64,000 nucleotides of DNA, taken from the NCBI GenBank assembly GCA_008501735.1, contig QQUF01000053.1, positions 61,163 to 125,162 of the forward strand, read 5' to 3'. The notes below the pieces were generated by a model, which did no database searches, was not told the origin of the DNA, and saw only the letters and a program-made list of their open reading frames with translations. A program made the position numbers and the translations under genes. This DNA is from Calditrichota bacterium (lineage in GTDB: Bacteria; CLD3). Below, piece by piece: positions 43,501-52,591 of the stretch (position 1 is its first letter; every line of letters begins with the position of its first letter).

Positions 43501-46328
43501 GGTCCTGTTTGCCAGTTTGGAGTTGGTCCAAAACTTGGTTGCCAATTTGCAACACCATCAGTGTTTTCCCAACCGGTTGCAATGTCAACAGGGAAAGTCA
43601 TTGCGTCAAAGTTTTCAACGTAAGGGAAAGCATTCACACAACCTGGAATTGCACTGTAAGTAACAGACCAAGTATCGTTTGAAGCATCAGTATCAATTCC
43701 ACTTGAAAGAACGACAGTTGCATCAGCGGTGTAATTTCCTGCAATTACAGGAGCAAATCCGTTACTAACCGTAACAGTCGTTGAAGTATTTGGAGCTAAA
43801 CCTGTGAAACTTGCAGTTGCATCAGTAACACCATCTCCGTCAATATCAACATTTACATCTCCATCAGCAGTGTTTAAACCGTAATTGTAAACTACAACAT
43901 CGAAAGAAATAGGAGCACCTGCAACCGAACCAGCAGTTGTCATTCCAAGAATTGCTGCATCATCAGTAGCTTGTTCGCCAACTCTTAAATCGTCAATTGC
44001 CATATCGTGTTCAAAAGTTTGAGCAGGTTTATCGCCTCTAAAAATAATTCTTACAGTTGACCCTGCAAAAGCTGAAAGATTAACTTTAGCTTGTAACCAA
44101 GGGTCAGTTGGAGAACTTTGTTGGTTGCCTGAAATCACAAAAACATCTTGTGTAAGAGTTCCGAAACTTTGGTCTTCAATGTCGACGTGCAAATCTCCCA
44201 TTGGAGTAGAATTTCCATCGTACATATGATACCAGAATGATAATTCAGGTGAAACTAAAAGTGATAAGTCCATACAAGGAGAAGATAACATTGGGTCTTC
44301 AAAATTACTCCAGTTATTAGCTTGTGTGAACATAAATTGTCCTGTTCCACTTGTGTGGTCAAAATCAGGTCCTGTTTGCCAGTTTGGAGTTGGTCCTGAA
44401 CTATTTTGCCAATTCACGTCAGGGTCAGAATTTGTATTTTCCCAACCAGTTGCGATGTCAATAGGAAAAGTCATTGTGTCAAAATTTTCAGTGTATGGGA
44501 AAGCTTGAACGCAACTTGGAACAGCACTGTAACCAATTGACCAAGAATCATTTGTTGGGTCGCCGTCAATTCCACTTGAAAGAACAACAGTTGCATCAGC
44601 AGAATAACTTCCGGGAGTTGCAGGAGCTGTTGCATTTACAGTAACAACCATTGAAGCTCCAGAAGCTAATCCGGTGAAACTTGCAGTTGCATCATCAACA
44701 CCATCTCCGTCAGTGTCAATACTTACATCACCAGCAGCAGTGTTTAAACCAAAGTTTTCAACTGTTACGTCAATAGTGAAAGGAGAGTTTACACTTCCAC
44801 CGGAAGTTGACATTGCAGTAATTCCTGCATCATCATTTGCTTTCTCACCAACGAAGAAATCATCAACAGCAATATCACTTTCAAAAGATTGTGCAGGTTT
44901 TGTTCCTCTAAAGATTACTCTAATTGTTGAGCCTGCAAAAGCTGCGAGGTCGATTTTAGCTTGTAACCAAGGGTCAAGAGTTGAGAATTGTTGACTTCCT
45001 TGAAGCACGAAAACATCTTGGGTAAGAGTTCCGTTAGTTAAGTCAGCAATGTCAATGTGCAAATCACCAACTCCGTTGAAATTGTCATCAAACATATGAT
45101 ACCAAAAAGCCATTTCAGGATTTATCAATAAAGATAAATCAAAGCAATTTGAGTAAAGAGTTGGAGTTTCAAAATCGCCCCAATTTGTAGCTTGAGTGTA
45201 AATAAATTGTCCACCTCCAGTATGGTCAGCAGAAGGTCCTGTTTGCCAGTTTCCTGTTGGTCCTGAACTTAATTGCCAATTTGCATTAGGGTCAGTGTTT
45301 TCAAATCCTGTTGAGATGTCAATTGGGAAAGTCATTGCATCAAAATTTTCGAGATAAGGATAAGTAATGACACAAGGAGGAGTTACACTGTAAGTTACAG
45401 AACCCATATCGTTTCCACTATTGGGGTCAACACCACTTGTGAGCGAAACAGTTGCAGTAGCTGTGTAAATTCCAGCAGTTGCTGGAGCATTCACAGGAAT
45501 TATAACTGTTGTTGTTGCACCTGCTGCTGCTAAACCAGTGAAACTTCCACTTCCGTCATCAACTCCGTCTCCGTCGATGTCAATTCCTACAGTTCCGTCG
45601 GCAGAAAGTCCGGCAGTTCCAATATTTATTACTGTAACTTCATAATTTGTTAATGCACTTGAAGCGGTTGAACCTCCGGGAACAACAACAGATGTAATTC
45701 CTACATCTTCTGCTCCGGGAACCTGACCTGTTAATTCAAAATCATCAATGAACCAACCTGCTGTGTTATTTGCAAAGTCATCTCCTGTATCAAATCTAAA
45801 TCTGATTTTAATATTTCCCCAAGTTGGGTCTAAAGGAATTGAAACCAATTCCCATACTTGTTGGGTAGCAGGGTCGAATTGCTCTGCATAAGCAATTGTA
45901 GCAAAGTTATCATTACTAATTTCAATCCACTTTTGGTCCCAGTTTAGTCCTGTTTCTGTCTCTACTAAAGATTGGAATGTGATTGTAGGAACTAAGTAAG
46001 TGCTAATGTCATAAGCATTAATAGTAGTTGCGGTTCCTGAATTCTGAGAACCGTCGTCGTAAGTTGCTCCATCATTGTAATTCAAACAAGCAGTTCCTGC
46101 AAAAGGTATTGCTGTCGCACCAACTGTTGCAGGAGTTGCATCAGCTGCCCAAACGACATTTCCTGTTCCGGCTGTCGATTGAGTATTCCAGTTTCCAGCT
46201 CCTGCTTCAAAGTCATCTGCAAAGATAGTTACTTGAGCAAAGGAAGCTGAATTGCAAAAAGCTATTGCACCCAAAGCTACTAAATTTAACTTAGCAACTT
46301 TAGCTAGCGTTTTTTGGATTTGATTCAT
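40524..46328 (-). CDS. Giant exported adhesin-like protein: 4 MAM+Ig units, nidogen/NIDO-like domain, FN3-like C-terminal module
   Basis: Signal peptide ending SFAQ; four units with QTGPxxDH, FWYHM(Y/F)D, DPWLQAK, DIAIDD; GGPDTFG, FPFYG, IAAWYDDL, TFQVILY. Confidence 0.85.
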   Translation of the reverse strand: MNQIQKTLAKVAKLNLVALGAIAFCNSASFAQVTIFADDFEAGAGNWNTQSTAGTGNVVWAADATPATVGATAIPFAGTACLNYNDGATYDDGSQNSGTATTINAYDISTYLVPTITFQSLVETETGLNWDQKWIEISNDNFATIAYAEQFDPATQQVWELVSIPLDPTWGNIKIRFRFDTGDDFANNTAGWFIDDFELTGQVPGAEDVGITSVVVPGGSTASSALTNYEVTVINIGTAGLSADGTVGIDIDGDGVDDGSGSFTGLAAAGATTTVIIPVNAPATAGIYTATATVSLTSGVDPNSGNDMGSVTYSVTPPCVITYPYLENFDAMTFPIDISTGFENTDPNANWQLSSGPTGNWQTGPSADHTGGGQFIYTQATNWGDFETPTLYSNCFDLSLLINPEMAFWYHMFDDNFNGVGDLHIDIADLTNGTLTQDVFVLQGSQQFSTLDPWLQAKIDLAAFAGSTIRVIFRGTKPAQSFESDIAVDDFFVGEKANDDAGITAMSTSGGSVNSPFTIDVTVENFGLNTAAGDVSIDTDGDGVDDATASFTGLASGASMVVTVNATAPATPGSYSADATVVLSSGIDGDPTNDSWSIGYSAVPSCVQAFPYTENFDTMTFPIDIATGWENTNSDPDVNWQNSSGPTPNWQTGPDFDHTSGTGQFMFTQANNWSNFEDPMLSSPCMDLSLLVSPELSFWYHMYDGNSTPMGDLHVDIEDQSFGTLTQDVFVISGNQQSSPTDPWLQAKVNLSAFAGSTVRIIFRGDKPAQTFEHDMAIDDLRVGEQATDDAAILGMTTAGSVAGAPISFDVVVYNYGLNTADGDVNVDIDGDGVTDATASFTGLAPNTSTTVTVSNGFAPVIAGNYTADATVVLSSGIDTDASNDTWSVTYSAIPGCVNAFPYVENFDAMTFPVDIATGWENTDGVANWQPSFGPTPNWQTGPDFDHTGSGQFMFTQADNWSNAETPTLAAPCMDLSFLTSPELSFWYHMYDEDVLNAIGDLHIDIEDQTAGTVTQDVFVISGGNQQFSSTDPWLQAKVDLSAFVGSTIRIFFRGDKPVQSFESDIAIDDVTVGEQAADDVAILGMTTAGSIAGTPISFDVEIFNYGTNTADGDVNIDIDGDGVDDATASFTGLASGASTIVTVSNGFAPATPGSYTADATVVATSGIDSDASNDSWSTTYNAIPPCVNAFPYTENFDAMTFPIDIATGWENTDPDANWQITSVGTNWQTGPSADHTSGSGMFAYTQASDWTNIESPSLSSPCMDLSFLTAPELSFWYHMYDGNAAGIGDLHVDVLNFTTGVTTQDVFTISGLQQNAPTDPWLQAKVDLSAFLGETVRIIFRGDKPSQSFESDIAIDDVVIDEQASEDVGVTLVTIVGSAFVGNTMTIDVDVKNFGLNPADGDVDVDIDGDGVSDGTSSFTGLASTLTTTVTVTATAPATIGTFSADATVTLTSGVDSNNLNDMDSENYTTVPTVNVGIVDILHPATIAGGFAIDFDVIVENFGMNPADGNVDFDWDNDGTPDATDSFVGLASGAQATLTFSTISPVAIGAANVSATVTQTNDTDADPTDDDRNSSYYVVPASGGPDTFGHTWCSSLDGAIPVDFFDISTMGTSFGTPIVGSDDSTEPFTIPFNFPFYGTDYTSGSVNANGWINFDATFSGSLWTPSPLVTNSNNMIAAWYDDLHLGAGDLFEYYDSANSRYIIQWDQVPFRSDYLANNNTPLRNTFQVILYDDGTIELNYATMLSTVLDEAGVGISGGSLDGLEMAFNSPFLGSNMSVKIKTDIQPDPPVVMIDGATLTWPAVTGAQNYWVYKADNPNGPFTAVSVGNVLSWTDPSSTSSATPNYYVTADSDAPVVAPTSNKGSASVAITQKQFVSWNPYNVPSEVSMKNVNVFKKLQNEGKLTPKQESWLKHAIQDLEKMGLFQKKQLQQSR

Positions 46329-46375
46329 AGATTTTCCTATGTTTTAAGAGTGAATAATTTTAAAACTTAGTAACA

Positions 46376-46389
46376 CCTTGGGGAGGGTT
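46376..46389 (-). promoter_or_regulatory. Conserved 14-nt leader motif AACCCTCCCCAAGG (copy before the 1934-aa gene)
   Basis: Exact match to 40283-40296. Confidence 0.6.
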
Positions 46390-46420
46390 TAATAAGATTA
46401 AAAATTTAATTGACTTTTTA

Positions 46421-46525
46421 GACAAGATTTGTGCCAAAAGAAAGGAAGAAATATACTTAGAATAGCCCAAATAATAGAGTAATTTTTGAAATGATTGAAA
46501 GCTTTAAGTGTAGCGTTTTGGTGCA
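46421..46525 (-). promoter_or_regulatory. Candidate sigma-54 promoter of the 1934-aa gene, with an NtrC-like site upstream
   Basis: Minus strand TTTTGGCACAAATCTTGT at 46422-46439; TGTAGCG-TTT-TGGTGCA at 46509-46525. Confidence 0.62.
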
Positions 46526-46633
46526 CTTGAAGGGGCGTTTGAGTAATTGCCTTGTTTATCTAATTGTTTTGTAGGGGTTTATGGCAATTGTTTCAAGTCG
46601 GTACGTTGTCTCGATTTAGGACAGTTAATGTGC

Positions 46634-49600
46634 TTATCTTGAAGCTGGTAAGTTATGTTTTTCTAAAATTCTGTAAAGACGTGAACGACCGATATTTAAA
46701 TTGCTTGCTGTTTTGGAAAGATTCCAGTTTGAATTTTCAAGAGCTTCAATAACTACTTTTTTTTCAGTTAGTTCAAGAATACTGTTTAAACTTCGACCTT
46801 CGATTGAGAAATCATTAGTTTGGTTTGTGGAAGGGCTTTCATTCTTTTGCTCAATCTCATTTTCATTAAATAAGTTTTTTAAATCCAAGTTTAATTTGCC
46901 TTGATGGTTTAGTACACCTTTTGCGATTGTGTTTTCAAGTTCTCGGACATTTCCGACCCATTGTGAAGATTTAAGAAATTCTATTGATTTTAAAGTAAAG
47001 CCTTTTATTTCCTTATTCATTTCTTTGCAGTATTTCTCTAAAAAATAATAGGATAAAGGGAGAATATCACTTACTCTTTCCCGTAAAGGTGGAATTTCGA
47101 TTTTTAACACATTGAGCCTGTGGTAAAGGTCTTCCCTAAAAGTTCCTTTTGAAATTTCATCTTTTAAATTTCTATGAGTTGCAGTAATTATTCTCGTATT
47201 GATTGAGATTGGATTTTTTCCACCGACTCTCCAAATTTGTTTTTCTTCTATTGCACGAAGTATTTTGGCTTGGTTTTCAAGTGAAAGTTCTGCAATCTCA
47301 TCTAAGAAAAGAGTTCCATTATCCGCTAACTCAAATTTACCTTGTCGTTCAAAAGCACCTGTAAAAGAGCCTTTCTCGTGACCAAAAAGTTCACTTTCAA
47401 CTAAACCTCTTGGCAAAGCGGCACAATTTATTGCAATAAATGGATTATTTTTATTTTCGCTAATGTAATGGATTGATTTTGCAACCAATTCTTTCCCTGT
47501 TCCTGTTTCGCCGTAAATAAAAACAGGTAATTTAACTTTTGAGGTATTTTCAATTTGTTTGTAAACCTTTTGCATTTCGACGCTGTTACCGACGAACATT
47601 CCAAGTCTTCTTATTTTAGACTCAAATTGAAATGTTTTATTTTTTTCTTGTTGCCATAAAACAGAGGAAATTAATTTAGTGAGTGTCAAAACATTATTTA
47701 GGTTTTTAGTTTTGAAAACTCCTTTTTCAACTTGACATCTGTCTAAGTAAATTGCACCGATTATTTCATTGTTAATTTTTAAAGGGACTGAAATTACAGA
47801 CAGAAAAATTTTTCCATAAACACTTACGTTATGCTTAAACTGAGTAGACTCAACGGCATTTTCAATTAATGTCGGCTTATTTTGCCTAATTGATTCCTGC
47901 AAAATTCCTCGGCTAAAGTCAAAATCTTCACCTTCTAAGCCCGGGGATAATGCTCGCATTTCAAAGTAGTTTGTATTCTCTTTGTAATAAATAATTTGAC
48001 CTCTGTCAGCGTCACACTCACGAATTAAAAAATTAAGAATTTCAGTGTAAATAATTTCCGGGTCCATCCACTTTGTTAGTGCTTCAACTAAGGACAAAGT
48101 TGTTTGAGAAATTGAAGAGTCTGTATTACTTGAATTCAAAAGCTCATCAATTTTTCTTTGGTAAGTAAATTTTGGTGAACTTTGATTTATTTTGAAAAAA
48201 TACTCCAACGCTTTACGACGGTATTTTTCTCTATCAATTTCTAAATGTGAAGGCTTTTCTGCAAAGTTGAAATATGTGTGGTAAATTTTAGCGTATTCAA
48301 AGTCATTTACAGCACTTTTTAAAAGAGATTCTAAATTTTTGAATGCTTCAATTTGATTTCCAATTGCAAATTCAATTTGAATGAGGAGCAAATCATTTTC
48401 AAAAATATCTTGCATTAATCCGTAACTGTTCCACTTTTTAGCTTCTAAAGCGTAAGATTGGGCTTTAAGTTCTTCACCCATTGCAAAGTAAGATTGTGCT
48501 AAGTTTATATTCGCACTATGAATGACTAAAAAGAATTCTATTTCTTTGGCTTTCTCTAAACCTTTGTTAAAGTAATAAATTGCATTTTTATAATCTTTGT
48601 TGATATAGTAACAAACTCCGAGATTCAAAAGAGTATTTGTGGCATTTAATCTCATTCCAAATCGATTGCTCAGTTTAAGATTTTCTAAACTAATTTGTAT
48701 CGAGTTATCAATTTTACCGGTTTTGAGAAAAATAATTCCTAATACATCATTACAAGTTAATATCGTATCAATGATATTTTCTTTTTTAGCATTTTTCTTT
48801 CTTTTATTTAAAAAACTTAGTGCTTCCTTAACTTCTTCTTTTGTGTCTGCAAATTTGTAAATGTCCAACAAAGCCGATTCAATTAAGCTTTCATCTTTAA
48901 GTTCTTTTGCAATTTCCAGCCTTTTCTTTGTAACTAATTTCGCTTTAGGTTGTTCGTACTTACTTAAATAGAAGTAAAAATAAATTTGATAAACATTTAC
49001 TAAGTCTGTTTTCGAATTTTCTTGTTCAAATAGTTTTATGGCTTTGTCAAAATTCTTTTTTGCTTCTTCAAACTTTCCTTGATTGTATTGAAGTTCTCCA
49101 ATTCCTTGTGAAACTCGCCCAACTCTTAAGTCGTCATTAATTTCCAATGCTAATTTTAATGCTTTGTTTAAAGAATCATTTTGCTCTTTTAGTTTGGTTA
49201 GATTTTCTAGCAAAACATTTCTTTTAAGCAAGAAGTCAATTTCTAATTCCTTATCTCCCGTCTTTTGAGCAAGTTCAATTACCTGAGCGTAGAAGTATTC
49301 TGCTTTTAAATATGAGAATTCTTTGTTGTTAAAATCTCCTGCTAAAGAACAATATTCAATTGCCTTCGTATAGTTTTTAGCCAAATAAAAATGTTTTGCA
49401 AGTTCATCAAAAATTTGTTCCAAATTCTCTGAGTTTTGTTTCTCAAGATAAAATCCTACTTTTTCATGAAATTCTTTTTTCTCAGAAAAGTTTACCAAAA
49501 GTGATTCGCAGATTGCATCGTATGTAAACTCAAATGAACTTTGAACTTTATTTTTGATTAGCCCTTCAAATCGAGCTTCTTCGAGTAAATTTAAAACAGT

Positions 49601-51463
49601 GTTTTCTTCAATTTCAAGTAAGTCAATTAATTGTTGTGAACTAAACGTTTTACCAATAATTGAAGCAACTTGTAAGCATTTTAGAACTTCAGGTCTAAGA
49701 AGTTCTAATTGTTTAGTTAAAATGTGTTGAATTGAACTTGGAAGTTTGAGTTCTTCAATTGAACTTTCGTTTAAAATCCACTTACCATTTTCCAATTTTA
49801 TTTTTTCGGTTCTTAATAAGTAACGAACGATTTCCGAAATAAAAAGTGGGTTTCCACTGCAACGTTTCATTACTCCTTTTGCAAAATCTTCATTTATCGG
49901 CTCAGACTTACCAAGCATTGAAGTTAGAAGTGCCGAAACTGAATTTAAGTCTAATGGCTTTAAGTGAATAGTTTCTAAATATTCTTCAACTTTTTCAAAA
50001 TTTGTAAGGATTCGTTTAAATGGAAGTGAGTCTGAAAATTGTGACCGAGAAGTTCCAACAAAGTAAATTGGAAGTTTATGAATGTTTTTGAAAAGGAAAT
50101 TTAGCCAATTGCACGTTTTTTCGTCAGCCCATTGGAGGTCGTCAAAAAAAATAATTATTGGATTTTTATCAAAAACAATTTCTGACAGATTAGTAAAAAA
50201 AGTCTGTACAGTTTCAAAAAATCTAATCTCATCGTTTACTTTTGCTAAAGTGAAAGGTTGTTGCTCAAGTAAACTCAGTAATTCTTCGTCTTGAGGCTCT
50301 GAACATAAGTCAAGTAGAATTTTACCATTGTTACCAAGTATTTCAGCTTTTTTATGATTCTCCAAACCTTTTAACGAGGTTAAACATTGTTTGATAATCT
50401 CTGAAAGAGGTTTGTAAATCCCACTTCCATTGACACAAAAAGTTTCAAAAATATTAACTTTAAACAAATTAAGCCCAACACAAAATTCATTCCAAAGTTT
50501 TGTTTTACCGACTCCCGAATCACCCAAAATTAAAACAGCTTTACCACGACTGCTAGTTACTTGGTGAAAATTATTTTCTAAAGAATAAAGAAATTCCTCT
50601 CTTCCAACAAAAGTAGGAGGTAAAAGTCGTTTCTGACCAGAATTGATTTTTGAAATCTCACGTTCACTCAAAAAGACTTTTAGTTCGTCAATCAAATTTC
50701 TTGCTGATTGAAATCTATCTTTTGGGTTTTTAGCTAAAAGTTTTTCGATAATATTTTTTAGCGAATTAGGGATTTCAGATGGAAGTTCTTTAGGAAAAAC
50801 CAAAGGTGATTTTATATGAGCCAAAATGATTTCGGTGTTTGTTTTTCCGTCGAATGGTAGTTTACCTGTAATCAATTCGTAAAGAATCACTCCAAGTGAA
50901 TAAAGGTCGCTTCTTCCGTCAATTTTTTTTGAATCAACGCATTGTTCTGGTGAAGCATATTTTATTGTTCCAATAAAAATACCTTTTGGAGTATTAATTA
51001 AGGCACTTGTTTTTAGAAAGTCAAAATCGGTAATTTTGACTTCTTCTTCGGAAGTGATTAAAATATTCTCGGGTTTTAAGTCTCTGTGAACAAGGTTGAG
51101 TGAGTGAAGTTCGTCTAAGCCATTACAAACTTGAATTATTGCTTGAATAGCTTTGGAAAGCGAGAATTCTGTTTCTTTGTTTCGTAGGTTCTTAAGAAAT
51201 GAAATGGGTTTCCCGTCCACAAATTCCATAGCGAAACCATAACTTTGAGGAGTCTCAACCCATTCAATCATTTTAACGCAGTTTGGGTGTGAAATCTTTG
51301 AAGCAGAAATAAAATTTATTTTAATTCTGCGTTTTTCTTCTTCAGAATTAAGATTCGGGTGAATGATTTTTAAGGCGGCAATCTTTTTTGTCTTTTTATT
51401 TCTTACTTTCGAGACTGTGCCGAATGAGCCTGAAGAGATTTCTTCAAGAAGTTCCCAATCCAT
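46634..51463 (-). CDS. Multidomain sigma-54 enhancer-binding protein: Ser/Thr kinase, STAND ATPase, TPR, GAF, AAA+, Fis-type HTH
   Basis: GSFGTV, HRDLKPEN, YASPEQ; FVGRE, GDSGVGKT, FDDLQWAD, GNPLF; SVISVPL..IGAIYLD; GETGTGKE, ESELFGHEKGSFTGA, FREDLYHRL, GNVRELEN; C-terminal HTH. Confidence 0.92.
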   Translation of the reverse strand: MDWELLEEISSGSFGTVSKVRNKKTKKIAALKIIHPNLNSEEEKRRIKINFISASKISHPNCVKMIEWVETPQSYGFAMEFVDGKPISFLKNLRNKETEFSLSKAIQAIIQVCNGLDELHSLNLVHRDLKPENILITSEEEVKITDFDFLKTSALINTPKGIFIGTIKYASPEQCVDSKKIDGRSDLYSLGVILYELITGKLPFDGKTNTEIILAHIKSPLVFPKELPSEIPNSLKNIIEKLLAKNPKDRFQSARNLIDELKVFLSEREISKINSGQKRLLPPTFVGREEFLYSLENNFHQVTSSRGKAVLILGDSGVGKTKLWNEFCVGLNLFKVNIFETFCVNGSGIYKPLSEIIKQCLTSLKGLENHKKAEILGNNGKILLDLCSEPQDEELLSLLEQQPFTLAKVNDEIRFFETVQTFFTNLSEIVFDKNPIIIFFDDLQWADEKTCNWLNFLFKNIHKLPIYFVGTSRSQFSDSLPFKRILTNFEKVEEYLETIHLKPLDLNSVSALLTSMLGKSEPINEDFAKGVMKRCSGNPLFISEIVRYLLRTEKIKLENGKWILNESSIEELKLPSSIQHILTKQLELLRPEVLKCLQVASIIGKTFSSQQLIDLLEIEENTVLNLLEEARFEGLIKNKVQSSFEFTYDAICESLLVNFSEKKEFHEKVGFYLEKQNSENLEQIFDELAKHFYLAKNYTKAIEYCSLAGDFNNKEFSYLKAEYFYAQVIELAQKTGDKELEIDFLLKRNVLLENLTKLKEQNDSLNKALKLALEINDDLRVGRVSQGIGELQYNQGKFEEAKKNFDKAIKLFEQENSKTDLVNVYQIYFYFYLSKYEQPKAKLVTKKRLEIAKELKDESLIESALLDIYKFADTKEEVKEALSFLNKRKKNAKKENIIDTILTCNDVLGIIFLKTGKIDNSIQISLENLKLSNRFGMRLNATNTLLNLGVCYYINKDYKNAIYYFNKGLEKAKEIEFFLVIHSANINLAQSYFAMGEELKAQSYALEAKKWNSYGLMQDIFENDLLLIQIEFAIGNQIEAFKNLESLLKSAVNDFEYAKIYHTYFNFAEKPSHLEIDREKYRRKALEYFFKINQSSPKFTYQRKIDELLNSSNTDSSISQTTLSLVEALTKWMDPEIIYTEILNFLIRECDADRGQIIYYKENTNYFEMRALSPGLEGEDFDFSRGILQESIRQNKPTLIENAVESTQFKHNVSVYGKIFLSVISVPLKINNEIIGAIYLDRCQVEKGVFKTKNLNNVLTLTKLISSVLWQQEKNKTFQFESKIRRLGMFVGNSVEMQKVYKQIENTSKVKLPVFIYGETGTGKELVAKSIHYISENKNNPFIAINCAALPRGLVESELFGHEKGSFTGAFERQGKFELADNGTLFLDEIAELSLENQAKILRAIEEKQIWRVGGKNPISINTRIITATHRNLKDEISKGTFREDLYHRLNVLKIEIPPLRERVSDILPLSYYFLEKYCKEMNKEIKGFTLKSIEFLKSSQWVGNVRELENTIAKGVLNHQGKLNLDLKNLFNENEIEQKNESPSTNQTNDFSIEGRSLNSILELTEKKVVIEALENSNWNLSKTASNLNIGRSRLYRILEKHNLPASR

Positions 51464-51534
51464 ATTGTCATTACTTTAGTTTTAAAATGGATATTAATAA
51501 TCGTAAAAATCAATTTAAGAAATAAAATGATTTT

Positions 51535-52404
51535 TTAATTGGTTTTTTGATTCCAAAGTTTTGGTCTTTCTGTTTCAAAAAAATTATTTTCTTTTCCCAA
51601 AAATTCTGCTGTAGTACAAATTTTATTTCCATTTCTACGAGCTGTCTCCTTTGGCACTTTTAGGTAATCTTGGAAATCACCTCCTCTCAAAAGGTGGTGG
51701 TCAACAATCACTTGCGGCAATTTCTCAGCGAGTAACGAAAGGTTCTGTACAGCTTGAGTAATAAACTTTCGGCTTACTTGTCCGAGGTAAGCTGGAGGTC
51801 CACCAATCCAAAGTAAATCAGGTTTTTCTGCAATGAGCATTTCAACAGAAGGTTTGTAAATTGCCTGGCAGTCTGAAGCGTGAATGAATTTGAAACCATC
51901 TTCTTCGCAAATTGCACACAAAATCCAACCTTGACGAGTGTTCTCTTCTCCGTGAAAAATCGGCTTTGAAAATCTAACTTTGCCAAATTCTTTTCCATCA
52001 ACTTTGTGGATTGCCTTTCCTAATTTCCTAAAAACCTCTTCTGCACGTAGCTTTTGGTAGTAATTTATTTTCACATCTGGAGATTTTGCCCAAACTGTTT
52101 TGTCTTTCATAATTTCGTAATAGTCAAGAGTATCGTTGAATTCCAACGGATTAAATTCAAACCTTGGAATGTGATCAAAGTGGTAATGGCTAAAAGAAAT
52201 TACATCTGATTTTAGAATTTCTTCATCAAAGGTTTTACGAGTTTCTTGAGCTTTTGCAATTTCAAGATTGTGGGGTGGTAAGTCAAATCTTTTTGGTGTT
52301 ACGGAAAATGAAGGGTCAATAAAAAGTTGAAAATCACTGAACTTTACAACACAAGCTGTTGAACGTAAACCAAGTGATTCTGTCATTAAAAATTTAATTT
52401 CCAA
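51535..52404 (-). CDS. Metallo-beta-lactamase-fold hydrolase, UPF0282-like
   Basis: ESLGLRS, IDP, LPPH, SHYHFDH, FHGE, HASDCQ, GGPPAYL, DHHLLR, TTAEFLG. Confidence 0.8.
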   Translation of the reverse strand: MEIKFLMTESLGLRSTACVVKFSDFQLFIDPSFSVTPKRFDLPPHNLEIAKAQETRKTFDEEILKSDVISFSHYHFDHIPRFEFNPLEFNDTLDYYEIMKDKTVWAKSPDVKINYYQKLRAEEVFRKLGKAIHKVDGKEFGKVRFSKPIFHGEENTRQGWILCAICEEDGFKFIHASDCQAIYKPSVEMLIAEKPDLLWIGGPPAYLGQVSRKFITQAVQNLSLLAEKLPQVIVDHHLLRGGDFQDYLKVPKETARRNGNKICTTAEFLGKENNFFETERPKLWNQKTN

Positions 52405-52591
52405 TTTGAATTAGCTTTCTGTTAAATAATTAAATTCATTAAAACAAAAACTTATGTTGATAATTTTTGTTGTCTTTAATATTTTAAAATTAAATCAAAC
52501 TTGTTCTAAATCATAAATGTATAAATTTATTGATGTAAGTTTAAGATTCTACCCCACAAAAAATAAATAAAATTCTTCGGAGACATCTCAG

